From: Promethearchaeota archaeon
Lineage (GTDB): Archaea > Asgardarchaeota > Lokiarchaeia > Sigyniarchaeales > SOKP01
DNA: 64,000 nucleotides
Assembly: GCA_016839765.1 (NCBI GenBank)
Contig: JAEOTP010000012.1
Coordinates: 49,892 to 113,891 of the forward strand
Direction: 5' to 3'
Shown: piece by piece, positions 37,490 to 47,018 of the stretch
How positions within the stretch are numbered: position 1 is the stretch's first letter
Layout: each line of letters begins with the position of its first letter
Notes under the pieces: generated by a model
Seen by the model: the letters and a program-made list of their open reading frames with translations, nothing else
Databases searched by the model: none
Told to the model about the DNA's origin: nothing
Program-made: the position numbers and the translations under genes

Positions 37490-38353
37490 ATGAATATAAC
37501 TAAATATAAAAGAGCTTTAATTTACTTTGCGATATATTGTATATTTTGGATTGCTATTTCTATTGCACTATCTTTGCTAACAGGTAAAGGAGACGACTTA
37601 ACAAAATTTATTCCAATTTCTGATATGGGAATTGAAACAGCCCTAATTGCTATAGTGTTATTGCCATTATCTTCAATAATAGGGTTATTTATTGGTGGTT
37701 ATGGGTTTTCACCTCTTTTTCTCTACTTCCATAAAAGAATTTTTAGATCAAAAGCGGAGTATGGTATTTACAATAGGCCAGAATTTGAAAAATTTAAATT
37801 CTTTTCTTCAGGTTTGTTTTCAGCATTAATGGCTATTAACTTTTCACTATTCTTACTTAATCCGAGTATCGTGAGCCTTTCAATAGGCTCCATTCCTGAC
37901 AGTCAAGATGATTATGCTAAAACTTTTGTAGTACTATTAGTATTTACATTTATTATTGCAACAATACTCTTCTCAACTACGTGGTTTATAAAAGATTCTG
38001 GTATCCTATATTCAAATAAAAATCACCTTAAAAAAACTAACAATCCTCCCGAAATACGTTCTATTGGCAGATGGTATGGACAATTTTTAAAAGGATATGC
38101 TGGTGTGTCTGTAATATTTTCATACTTTGAATTTATTACAATTTTTCTAGTAGAAACTGCAGGTATAGGAAATTTATTCCCTATTTTGCTGGCAATCTTC
38201 ATTCCATTCCCATTTTTCATGATAATCCCATATATTCCAACTTTAATAATCTCAGATGTAATTGAACAACATAGAAATAATTATATTCGAAAGTATGCAA
38301 GAAAATTAGGCATTACCAAACCAGTTGAAATAACATTTGAATTGGGAGTATAA
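37490..38353 (+). CDS. Polytopic membrane protein, hypothetical
   Basis: It has about 7 hydrophobic helices. I recognise no family. Confidence 0.4.
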   Translation: MNITKYKRALIYFAIYCIFWIAISIALSLLTGKGDDLTKFIPISDMGIETALIAIVLLPLSSIIGLFIGGYGFSPLFLYFHKRIFRSKAEYGIYNRPEFEKFKFFSSGLFSALMAINFSLFLLNPSIVSLSIGSIPDSQDDYAKTFVVLLVFTFIIATILFSTTWFIKDSGILYSNKNHLKKTNNPPEIRSIGRWYGQFLKGYAGVSVIFSYFEFITIFLVETAGIGNLFPILLAIFIPFPFFMIIPYIPTLIISDVIEQHRNNYIRKYARKLGITKPVEITFELGV

Positions 38354-38454
38354 TTTAAATAGTATTTTTACCTTTTAGCAAATCAATAAATTTTAATTTT
38401 TATTTATATTAGGAATTACATACTATTTATTTTTCTAAAATAATTGATAGGAAA

Positions 38455-38525
38455 GCGTCGTTAGTATAGTGGTAGAATTCACGCCTGCCACGCGTGGGAC
38501 CCGGGTTCGAATCCCGGACGACGCA
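38455..38525 (+). tRNA. tRNA-Gly (anticodon GCC)
   Basis: It folds by hand. The acceptor is GCGTCGT/ACGACGC, the anticodon arm is CACGC-CTGCCAC-GCGTG, the T arm is CCGGG-TTCGAAT-CCCGG, and the discriminator is A. No CCA is encoded. It is a GC-rich island in AT-rich DNA. Confidence 0.9.
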
Positions 38526-38699
38526 TTTTAAAAATAACAATTCAACGAAAAACGTAAAACTTTGTAATGCAATCAATTTGTCTTTATAATATCTAAATAT
38601 CATTACAGTGATATTATGATATATATAAATTAACGTGAAATCCACCTTTCACGATCAATTATGAATTAGCGGGATGATTAAAATCAAATTTTCTTAAAT

Positions 38700-39542
38700 T
38701 TATAAAGTACTAAGAAAATTTGAAATATCTGAGGATCTAGGGACTTCAACTTCAAAATAGTATTCAACAATTTCATACAAATAATCTAAATAAGGAATGG
38801 ATATTTTAACATCATGTTTTTTTTTCAATTCACTTATCATCTTTTTTGAATAGATTTTTTCATTCTTCTTTAGGTTATTAATAACATCTATTATGGTTTT
38901 AGATAATTCGAAAGCTTTTTGTATTTCATTTTTTAGGATAATTAAACTAGTTAACGGATCATATTCACTTAGAAATTTCTGAATTATTGTCTTTTCTACA
39001 TTTAATTTGGTGGATTGAATTTTACTATTAAAATCATTAATTACTTCCCGACCTTTAAATGCAAAATGCTCATCAAATGCCTTACTATTATAATCCTCTT
39101 CAGTAATCATACTAAGATCAATATTAAATGTGTTTTGTGTTAAATAATCAATAAAGTTTGAAATTTGGCTAAACATGTATGTTTGATCAGAAATTATAAC
39201 TATTTTCTTATTATAGATCATTGCCCTCAATACATAGCCTAGTAATGAAGCTGTTAAATTTAGTTTAATTAAATCGATTTCAAATAAATCCGATAAATCT
39301 TTCTCAACTTCAGTTATTTCTTCAGAAATAGCATTTGGGAGTTCGACTTGAAAATCGGCTTTAAATGTATCTCTTACAACAAAATTTTTATCAACGTAAG
39401 CAACAAAAGAATGTTCACAAACAATACCTTCTTCGATGTTAACTGTAAATAGACCTCGCGAAGCTTTTTTAACTTCATCATCAGAAACTTCGATAAAATT
39501 ATTTTTTGAGCAAGTGGGGCAACGAACTTGAAGTTTAGCCAT
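38700..39542 (-). CDS. Hypothetical protein with N-terminal zinc-ribbon-like motif
   Basis: CPTCSKNNF...x25...CEHSF is followed by a mixed alpha/beta region (LLGYVLRAMIYNKKIVIISDQ) and a helical C-terminal half. Confidence 0.45.
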   Translation of the reverse strand: MAKLQVRCPTCSKNNFIEVSDDEVKKASRGLFTVNIEEGIVCEHSFVAYVDKNFVVRDTFKADFQVELPNAISEEITEVEKDLSDLFEIDLIKLNLTASLLGYVLRAMIYNKKIVIISDQTYMFSQISNFIDYLTQNTFNIDLSMITEEDYNSKAFDEHFAFKGREVINDFNSKIQSTKLNVEKTIIQKFLSEYDPLTSLIILKNEIQKAFELSKTIIDVINNLKKNEKIYSKKMISELKKKHDVKISIPYLDYLYEIVEYYFEVEVPRSSDISNFLSTL

Positions 39543-39679
39543 ATTTGGAATCGATTATCTAATTAATTTTTATACTATCTAGATTATGAATATTGATTTA
39601 TATAAATCTTAACTATTTTGATGTGAATTTAATAGGAGATTTTAGAGTATAAACGAAGGCTATTATGGTTTTAAAAAAA

Positions 39680-40159
39680 TTAATATCTTTTTATCTTTCC
39701 GTATCTTTTCTCAATGAGATTTGCTAACAGCAAACATATTAACGCGGAAAAGTTTTCTGCCACTAAAAATGATAACGTATTATCTAAATAAATAATGCCA
39801 ATATAATAAGAAATAAAGAAGAAGATTGTAAAAAAAATAAACATAATAAGTAAGGGTTTTACAATAGGAAAATTTAAAATTCTCTTAAGAATGGGTAAAT
39901 CGCCTCTTGATTTCTGAAATTGTGTTTTTAACTTTTGTTTTCGTTCTATTTGCGCATATGCCTCAAAAATTATTGTTGTTCCAAAATATAAAGCAACAGT
40001 AGCTCCAATCGGAATTAATATAACAACATAAAAACTTCCAACACTTAATAAATATTGTGCAATGAAAATGAATAAAATTTGAAAAAACCCACAGGCTCCA
40101 AAAATCATAAAAGCAAATGGGATATATTCTTTCGTTCTCCAGCGTACTCTTATTGGCAT
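39680..40159 (-). CDS. Four-TM membrane protein, hypothetical
   Basis: ORF with hydrophobic helices. I recognise no family. Confidence 0.35.
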   Translation of the reverse strand: MPIRVRWRTKEYIPFAFMIFGACGFFQILFIFIAQYLLSVGSFYVVILIPIGATVALYFGTTIIFEAYAQIERKQKLKTQFQKSRGDLPILKRILNFPIVKPLLIMFIFFTIFFFISYYIGIIYLDNTLSFLVAENFSALICLLLANLIEKRYGKIKRY

Positions 40160-40195
40160 TTTTTAGCAATCTTTTCTTAATTTTTTTTAATATAA

Positions 40196-40286
40196 TGGGC
40201 CCGGCGCGATTTGAACGCGCGACCTTCCGCACGTCAAGCGGACGTCACTGCAGGCTTTCAAGCTTTCCGAGCTAGACCACGGGCCC
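40196..40286 (-). tRNA. tRNA-Val (anticodon GAC) carrying a ~17-nt insertion (putative non-canonical intron) in the D-loop
   Basis: The minus strand reads GGGCCCG TG GTCT [26-nt loop AGCTCGGAAAGCTTGAAAGCCTGCAG] TGAC G TCCGC TTGACGT GCGGA AGGTC GCGCG TTCAAAT CGCGC CGGGCCC A. All arms pair, but the D-loop is about 17 nt too long. Confidence 0.8.
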
Positions 40287-40470
40287 AATGAATTATCTAT
40301 CAATTCGATATTATAATTATCGAAATTAATGATATGTAATTTATATTATTAAAAAATAAATATTTTATGAGTCTTTTTTTTTATTTTTAAGAAGGAGCTA
40401 TCACTAAAGTATTAATCTCTAGATTTATGATTTTTGAATTATAAAATCAAAAAAAAATAAGATTTATGAT

Positions 40471-41082
40471 TTAAATTATATTAGCTATGTTTAAAAGATT
40501 GAGGGTAAAATAGCTCAAAAAAATAGCAGCAAAAATAATCATGAAAACTTTTTTTATTAAAATTGTGTTAACAAGAATTAATATTGCTGCTACAAGGAAA
40601 AGGATACCTATTATCCATTGAATTATCAAATACATTACAGGAGGAAATCCAAAAAAAATAATAAATATGCTAAAAGTAAGAGAAGAGGCCCATGCTATAG
40701 TCAATAGAATTCCTGCTGATAAACTTAAACTACCCTTATGTTCTTTATTTTTACTCCCAAATTTAATAAATGCAATTCCAAGAATTATATTCACACTATA
40801 GTTAATAATCATTATTGTTAAATAATAAGATAATCCAATAAAATAATCCGGAAACGTGTATGAAAACATTACAGAGGGTAAAAATTGAGAAATTATGCTC
40901 CAACTCAAGACAATAATCCCAACAGTGCTTAAGAATTTCACTGATTCAAAATTTCTCTCATCTTTTTTTAACTCTGAACATCCTATAATTAAAAAGATAT
41001 AGGCTGCTACGGGTAGAATAAAATAGAGCCATCCCCAAACAGAATATATCCAATCCCAGTAAAAATAAAAACTTATTGCCAT
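40471..41082 (-). CDS. Six-TM membrane protein, hypothetical
   Basis: ORF with regularly spaced hydrophobic helices. I recognise no family. Confidence 0.4.
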   Translation of the reverse strand: MAISFYFYWDWIYSVWGWLYFILPVAAYIFLIIGCSELKKDERNFESVKFLSTVGIIVLSWSIISQFLPSVMFSYTFPDYFIGLSYYLTIMIINYSVNIILGIAFIKFGSKNKEHKGSLSLSAGILLTIAWASSLTFSIFIIFFGFPPVMYLIIQWIIGILFLVAAILILVNTILIKKVFMIIFAAIFLSYFTLNLLNIANII

Positions 41083-41328
41083 TGGTTGTTCTACCTTTTT
41101 GAAATATTTGTTTTTAAGTTTTTTAATTAGATTTCTATATATTACTGTTTATCAAGAATATATATAATAATTTATTGGAAAATATATGATAAATTATATT
41201 GGATTATAGTAACAAACTCTTTTAAGTATTTTAAACCATTAGAACTATACTTATACAAAAATCCTCTTCTTGCGAATGATAGGATAAAGAATCTAATTTT
41301 TAAAAAAAATAAATAAAAAAATGAAAAA

Positions 41329-42570
41329 TTACTTTGATACTTTCTTTTCTCTTAAAGCTCTTATCATTGGTAAATCCTTTCCTGAGAGAATTTCTAACAT
41401 TGCGCCTCCTGCAGTAGAAATAAATGAAACATCATTAGCTAAACCTGCCATAGAAGCTGCGGCACCCATTTCACCACCACCAATAATAGTAAGTGCTCCT
41501 TTTTCTTTTGTTGCTTTAACCATTGCCTTAACCATTTCATTAGTGGCTTCTCTGAAAACCTCTTTTTCAAATATCCCTGGAGGACCATTTGCAACTATTG
41601 TTTTGCATTTCATTATGATATCTTTGAATTTTTCTTCTGTTTTTGGACCTATATCTCCAGTTGTTGTATTATATGTGCCAGCTTCATCTATACTAATAAT
41701 TTTCCTATTACCATTATCATCAATTACTAAATCTTCAGGAAGTATTATTTTGTCTTTATACTTTTCATAAGTTTCTTTAATCATACTTTTATTTTCCTCT
41801 AAATCCTTAGCAATGATTTTTTGATTTGGTTCTCCCATATTTTTACCAAGAGCTTCAAAAATCAGGATCGCAGTTAATCCAGAACATAGAGCATAATCTA
41901 ATTTCTCATTATCAAAATTGTATTTCATTGCTTTAAATTTATCAATTGCTTTTGCACCGCCAATTAGCATAGCCATAGGTTTATCAGGTATGTCCATTAT
42001 TTTTTTCAATGCATTCAGTTCTTTATCTGTAATAGGTCCAGCTAACATTTTTGGCCAACCTACAATTGAAACATGCGCTCTATGTGCAGCTCCAAAAGCA
42101 TCAACAATTACATAGTCAACCAATGGATATAATGCTTTAACCATTTCAGTGTTTTCAGCATCAGAGAAACTCTTGTATTTAGCCATTTCACCATCCCATT
42201 TTCTAACATTATTAAGCACTAAAACTTCCCCTAGTTTAAGCTCTTTTATAGCTTGTTTTGCTTGATTCCCAAAAATATCTTTAACGAATTTTACAGGCCG
42301 ACCCAAATGTTTTTCAATTTCTCTTGCATGTATATCTAAATCTGTGAAATCCTCATTTCCTGGTCGAGATTGATGTGCTAATATAATCACTGCACTTTCT
42401 TTAAAATATTCATTTAATGCTGGAACTAATGCACGAATTCTAGGAGAGTCCCTAATTTCCATCTTGTCTAAATCAATATTAGAATTTATATCAACTCTCA
42501 TTAATATCTTTTTTCCTTTCAAATCCACATCCTTGTAGGAAGTATAATCTATCTTCATTTCAATTATCAC
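41329..42570 (-). CDS. pgk: Phosphoglycerate kinase
   Basis: It has LMRVDINS at the N-terminus, AHRAH, IIGGGEMGAA and STAGGAMLE motifs, and is 413 aa. Confidence 0.9.
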   Translation of the reverse strand: MIIEMKIDYTSYKDVDLKGKKILMRVDINSNIDLDKMEIRDSPRIRALVPALNEYFKESAVIILAHQSRPGNEDFTDLDIHAREIEKHLGRPVKFVKDIFGNQAKQAIKELKLGEVLVLNNVRKWDGEMAKYKSFSDAENTEMVKALYPLVDYVIVDAFGAAHRAHVSIVGWPKMLAGPITDKELNALKKIMDIPDKPMAMLIGGAKAIDKFKAMKYNFDNEKLDYALCSGLTAILIFEALGKNMGEPNQKIIAKDLEENKSMIKETYEKYKDKIILPEDLVIDDNGNRKIISIDEAGTYNTTTGDIGPKTEEKFKDIIMKCKTIVANGPPGIFEKEVFREATNEMVKAMVKATKEKGALTIIGGGEMGAAASMAGLANDVSFISTAGGAMLEILSGKDLPMIRALREKKVSK

Positions 42571-42697
42571 ATTTGTTTTGGATTGTTAATTAAAATTTAA
42601 ATCACTATAATATTCAATATCAAAAAAGTTTTGATAGGTTAATACTTTTTATGAATAATTGTGAAAAAATCAAGATTAAAAATTAATTAAATTAGAA

Positions 42698-45403
42698 ATG
42701 CAGTTAAAAGCTGTAGTTATAAATAAACTCGATATAACTAAAAAACAAGAAATTAGTTATCCAATTTTACTACCAGCACCAAAGGAGATTACAGAATTTA
42801 ATGGAAATAGAGGATTGGTTCTTAATTCTCAAAGTAATATCCAATTTCTGAATGTTGCTAACCCAGATTTTTATTTAAATGATTTAAATGAATCACTGAA
42901 ATTATTCACTGGAGTAAGAATCAAGAGAAAATTTGATGAGCCAGATAATTTGATGCGTACAATCCTAAATGAAGCTTTAATTGATAGCTTACTTGATGTA
43001 CAAAACGAAGAGGGATATAATCTTGAAATTGAAAAAAATTTTATATTGATATATAGTATTCATGAAAGGGGGTTATTTTATGGCCTTCAAACTCTTATTC
43101 AATTATTAAAAAATGGCTTTTTATCACAATCGAAATCATTAGATTTACCTAAAGAAGATATTGATGAAATAATTTTGCCAGAAATAAAAATAAGAGATAA
43201 ACCAGATTTAGAGATAAGAGGAATTGCACAAGATATTTCTCGAGGACAGTCAATTACCATCGATTTTGCAAAAAGATATATAACCATTCTTAGTCATTAC
43301 AAAATGAATTTTTATTGTATATATATTGAAGATATGTTTTCACATCCAAAATATCCTGTTATTGGTAAGAATCGAGGTGCTTTAACAAAAGAAGAAATTC
43401 AAGAAATCGATAATTATGCCAAAAAGAGATATATAGAGTTTGTTCCTATATTTGAATGTCTAGGTCACGTAGATAATATATTAACTCATAAGGAATATGA
43501 AGACCTTGGAGAGTATCCTGGAGCTCAATGTTTTAATATTACTAATAAGAAGGTTTTTGAATTTTTAAATGACTTTATATCAGAGTTAAGCAATGCCTTC
43601 ACAACTAAATATTTCCATATTGGATGTGATGAAAGTTTTGATTTTGGAAAATATCGTTCAAAAGAGCTTATAAACCAAATAGGAAAAAGCCAAGCGTACA
43701 TAGATGTATATGAAAAAATCTATAAAATTGCTAAAGATTGCGGAAAAGAACGCGTAATCATGTATGATGATATAGCAGTAAATGATAATGAAATTTTACA
43801 AAATCTGAATAAGGATATTATCATAATGTTTTGGGATTATAAACCTAAAGAGAAATATCCTAAAGTAGAAAAATTATTAAACGCTGGATTTAAAGTAATA
43901 GTTAGCCCTTCAATGCTCAATTGGCAAAGACATTTTCCTGATTATAAAAATTCTAGTAAAAACATAATTAATTTAATAAAGACAGCATACGATTATAAAA
44001 ATAATGGATGTCTGGGAGTTTTAACGAGCACTTGGGGGGATTTCCGTTATTATTCATTAAGAGAAAATGAGATATTTGGGGCAGTATTGACGGGTGCAAC
44101 ATCCTGGAACTGCCCAAATTTTGATTATGAACACTTTAAACGAAGTTTTGGATTTCTTTTTTATGGCCTTCAAAGTAATTTTTTGGAAATTTTTTATGAA
44201 ATGTTTAGTCAATTAAGTAAATCCACATCTTTATATTATAAAATTGGGATATTATTACCATCACTCTTTTATACTTATCTGTTTAAACATCCCTTTCCTT
44301 CCAAAAAATATAGATCCTCTTGTAAAAATTATAAAGAACTCGGCTTTATTGGAGAAAAATATCTAGAAATTTATTCTCAACTCAAACCATTTGTAAGATT
44401 CGAACAAGAAAATTTTGAATATATTGAATATAGTGCTGAATTAGCAAAATATCTTAAAGAGAAGATAGAAATATCTGAAAATACATCAAACATTCTAAAT
44501 AAACGGAGTCTTAAAAAAGAAGAGATTGCAAATATTATATCAAGCTTAAACTATATTAAAGATAAATTCAATTATTTAAAACTTAAATATGAAAAATTAT
44601 GGCTAAGAGCAGCAAAGCGGCCTTGCCTAGATTTTAATTTAAAGTTATTCGATTTTGTTATCAACTGTTATCATGAAAAAACAAATCAATTAAATCAGGG
44701 TATTTTTTTTGAAGATCCATATATAAAATCTGAATGGATATGGGTTAATGAAAAATTGTGTCCGCTACAGCCACGATTTTTCCGAAAAGTCTTTCTAATA
44801 AACAATTCAGTTAAAAAAGCAGTGCTGCAAGGGACTGCTTGTAATCATATGAAAATTTTTTTAAATTCTAAGTTTGTTGGAGAAGTGTTTAGTCGGTTCT
44901 CTTTATCAATTCTCCCAATTCATAATCGAATTAAAGTTTTTGATATAACGGAGTATCTTAAAGTTGGAACGAATATTATCACTGTCGAAGCTTATAACTA
45001 TGAAGGTTTTAAAGGCGCGATAAATATTTTTGGACAAATTCTTTTAAACGATAATACAATTCAAGAAATATATAGTAATCAGACTTGGTTATGTTCTAAA
45101 ACTGGTAGATTAAATGATTTTGATTGGAAAATGTTAGATTACGATGATTCGGATTGGAATAAGGTAAAATCATATGGTACACCCCCTAACCTAAATGGTG
45201 ATATTTTTACACCAGATCTTTTAGATGGTCAAATTCCCTTAACTCAAGACTATTTTGGACTTCAAAGTTTCTTTTTCAACTCTTTAAAAATATTAACTGG
45301 CTATTTTTATGGAAGAATAAAAAGAATATTGGGATTCATTTTGGTAAAATTAATAAAATCGATAATTAAATTAATTATTAGAAGATTGAAACCTTTTGAC
45401 TAG
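42698..45403 (+). CDS. GH20-like glycoside hydrolase (beta-N-acetylhexosaminidase family) with large C-terminal extension
   Basis: It has a domain-2 block (EGYNLEIEKNFILIYSIHERGLFYGLQTLIQL), a TIM-barrel start (IRDKPDLEIRGI) and a catalytic-region block (YFHIGCDES). The C-terminal ~350 aa include a beta-sandwich-like part and a hydrophobic/basic tail. Confidence 0.65.
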   Translation: MQLKAVVINKLDITKKQEISYPILLPAPKEITEFNGNRGLVLNSQSNIQFLNVANPDFYLNDLNESLKLFTGVRIKRKFDEPDNLMRTILNEALIDSLLDVQNEEGYNLEIEKNFILIYSIHERGLFYGLQTLIQLLKNGFLSQSKSLDLPKEDIDEIILPEIKIRDKPDLEIRGIAQDISRGQSITIDFAKRYITILSHYKMNFYCIYIEDMFSHPKYPVIGKNRGALTKEEIQEIDNYAKKRYIEFVPIFECLGHVDNILTHKEYEDLGEYPGAQCFNITNKKVFEFLNDFISELSNAFTTKYFHIGCDESFDFGKYRSKELINQIGKSQAYIDVYEKIYKIAKDCGKERVIMYDDIAVNDNEILQNLNKDIIIMFWDYKPKEKYPKVEKLLNAGFKVIVSPSMLNWQRHFPDYKNSSKNIINLIKTAYDYKNNGCLGVLTSTWGDFRYYSLRENEIFGAVLTGATSWNCPNFDYEHFKRSFGFLFYGLQSNFLEIFYEMFSQLSKSTSLYYKIGILLPSLFYTYLFKHPFPSKKYRSSCKNYKELGFIGEKYLEIYSQLKPFVRFEQENFEYIEYSAELAKYLKEKIEISENTSNILNKRSLKKEEIANIISSLNYIKDKFNYLKLKYEKLWLRAAKRPCLDFNLKLFDFVINCYHEKTNQLNQGIFFEDPYIKSEWIWVNEKLCPLQPRFFRKVFLINNSVKKAVLQGTACNHMKIFLNSKFVGEVFSRFSLSILPIHNRIKVFDITEYLKVGTNIITVEAYNYEGFKGAINIFGQILLNDNTIQEIYSNQTWLCSKTGRLNDFDWKMLDYDDSDWNKVKSYGTPPNLNGDIFTPDLLDGQIPLTQDYFGLQSFFFNSLKILTGYFYGRIKRILGFILVKLIKSIIKLIIRRLKPFD

Positions 45404-45412
45404 GTGTTTATT

Positions 45413-46189
45413 ATGGATAATATCAGAGAGATTTTAAATAAATTATTGGAGAAAAAATGCTCCGTAGAAGAAGCAGAGAAATTTCTAAAAGCTAATCTTA
45501 TTGAAGAAGTTGGAGATTTGGCTAAACTTGATATATTTAGAAAAGTACGTACTGGAGTCGTTGAAGTAATATATGCTGAAAATAAAACCCCTCAAATGGT
45601 TTCAGAGATAGCCAACAGTTTTTTAAAATCTAATAGATTTACTGTAATCTCAAGGTTCAATGAAGAGCAAAACCAATTCTTAAAGAAAGAATTTGAAAAT
45701 AATGATAATTATGTTTTAAAAATTAATGAATTAGCAAAAATTATGATTATTAAGGAAAAGGATTTTGAATTTGAGAAAAAAGGAGGAGTTGTGGGGATTA
45801 TCACCGCTGGAAGTTCAGATATACCAGTTGCAGAAGAAGCAAAAGTAATAGCGGAATCAATGGGGTGTTCTGTAATCACTAGCTATGATTTAGGAATTGC
45901 AGGTATCCATCGAATTTTCACTCCTCTCAGTGAAATGATAAAGAATGGAGTTCATGTCATCATTGTATGTGCTGGAATGGAAGGTACTTTACCCGGAGTC
46001 GTTGCAGCCCTTGTAGATGTGCCTGTTATCGGTGTTCCCATATCCAGCGGATATGGATTAGGAGAAAAAGGAATTGGAGCTTTAACAACTATGTTACAAT
46101 CTTGTTCGCCTGGATTATTGGTAGTAAATATTGATAATGGTTTTGGAGCAGGCGCATCTGCGGCGTTAATAGCTAATAGAACTAGTTGA
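45413..46189 (+). CDS. larB: Nickel-pincer cofactor biosynthesis protein LarB (PurE-like NaAD carboxylase/hydrolase)
   Basis: It has AKLDIFRKVRTGVVEVIY and a PurE-like core (GIITAGSSDIPVAEEA, VCAGMEGTLPGVVAALVDVPVIGVP). The ATG at 45413 is preferred over the GTG at 45404. Confidence 0.8.
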   Translation: MDNIREILNKLLEKKCSVEEAEKFLKANLIEEVGDLAKLDIFRKVRTGVVEVIYAENKTPQMVSEIANSFLKSNRFTVISRFNEEQNQFLKKEFENNDNYVLKINELAKIMIIKEKDFEFEKKGGVVGIITAGSSDIPVAEEAKVIAESMGCSVITSYDLGIAGIHRIFTPLSEMIKNGVHVIIVCAGMEGTLPGVVAALVDVPVIGVPISSGYGLGEKGIGALTTMLQSCSPGLLVVNIDNGFGAGASAALIANRTS

Positions 46190-46338
46190 ATGTTATCATT
46201 AATAGTTAGAAGAGATTTCTTCCTAATGTTATAGTAATGTGAATTTAGCAACAAGAAAAACTATAAATATTTCAAAAATGAAATCTTTCTTAAATAAAAA
46301 TTCTAAATTAAAAAATATATAGAAAAAGGTTGAAATAA

Positions 46339-46980
46339 ATGACTGCCCTTCCCGAAAATTTGCGTGTATTAAATTCCGACCATGGATGGTATATCATCCC
46401 TTTACTTGCCATTGTATTATATATCTACGGAGTTGAGATCAAAAAAGCAAGAGAAACAAATAATTGGAGTACTGTATTTGCTGGATTAACAATACTAGGT
46501 CTTGATTTAATAAATGAAATTTGGAATGCCCTGATTTTTGCCTTTACAAACTATTCTGCATTTTGGACTACTCCAGGAGCAAGCGCTTATATTATATTAA
46601 TTGGATGGAATATTGAGATTGCTTTCATGTTTTCTATTGCTGGAATTATATTTTCCAAATTTTTACCAGAAGATAAGGATAAAAAAATATTTGGAATTCC
46701 AAATCGTTGGGCAATGGCAATTGGTTTTTCATTATTTTGCTTGATCGTAGAGATTTTTCTCAACTTGGGTGGTTACCTTATCTGGGTATACCCATGGTGG
46801 CATTGGACTTATGGAATAGGTTTGGTGCCAATTTTCTTTTTAGGTTACTTTCATTTTTTCGTTGGCGCGTTCTATGTATATGATAAACGTGAATTAAAGG
46901 ATAAGATAAAAGTCGTAGGGATAATTTATGCGATTGGAATAGTTGCTTTATGTATTTTTCTACCGCTTGGTTTAATCTAA
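46339..46980 (+). CDS. Six-TM membrane protein, hypothetical
   Basis: Hydrophobic, Trp-rich ORF. I recognise no family. Confidence 0.4.
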   Translation: MTALPENLRVLNSDHGWYIIPLLAIVLYIYGVEIKKARETNNWSTVFAGLTILGLDLINEIWNALIFAFTNYSAFWTTPGASAYIILIGWNIEIAFMFSIAGIIFSKFLPEDKDKKIFGIPNRWAMAIGFSLFCLIVEIFLNLGGYLIWVYPWWHWTYGIGLVPIFFLGYFHFFVGAFYVYDKRELKDKIKVVGIIYAIGIVALCIFLPLGLI

Positions 46981-47018
46981 ATTCCATTATTTTTTTTAAA
47001 TATAAAGTCATCATACCT

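Noticed and set aside
38427-38645. A 72-aa minus-strand ORF. A related case is the 89-aa ORF at 39963..40232.
   Set aside because: Both run through the GC-rich tRNA genes (tRNA-Gly and tRNA-Val respectively) and have no coding signature. The tRNA folds explain the sequence.
37490-41082. A tRNA-flanked run of orphan membrane and zinc-ribbon genes, considered as an integrated mobile element.
   Set aside because: I saw no integrase, transposase or capsid-like ORF. I found no duplicated tRNA 3' segment (att) by eye, and the composition does not visibly differ from the surroundings.
41321-41770. A 149-aa plus-strand ORF overlapping pgk.
   Set aside because: It is antisense to an unambiguous phosphoglycerate kinase. 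Its hydrophobic low-complexity translation is typical of a shadow frame.
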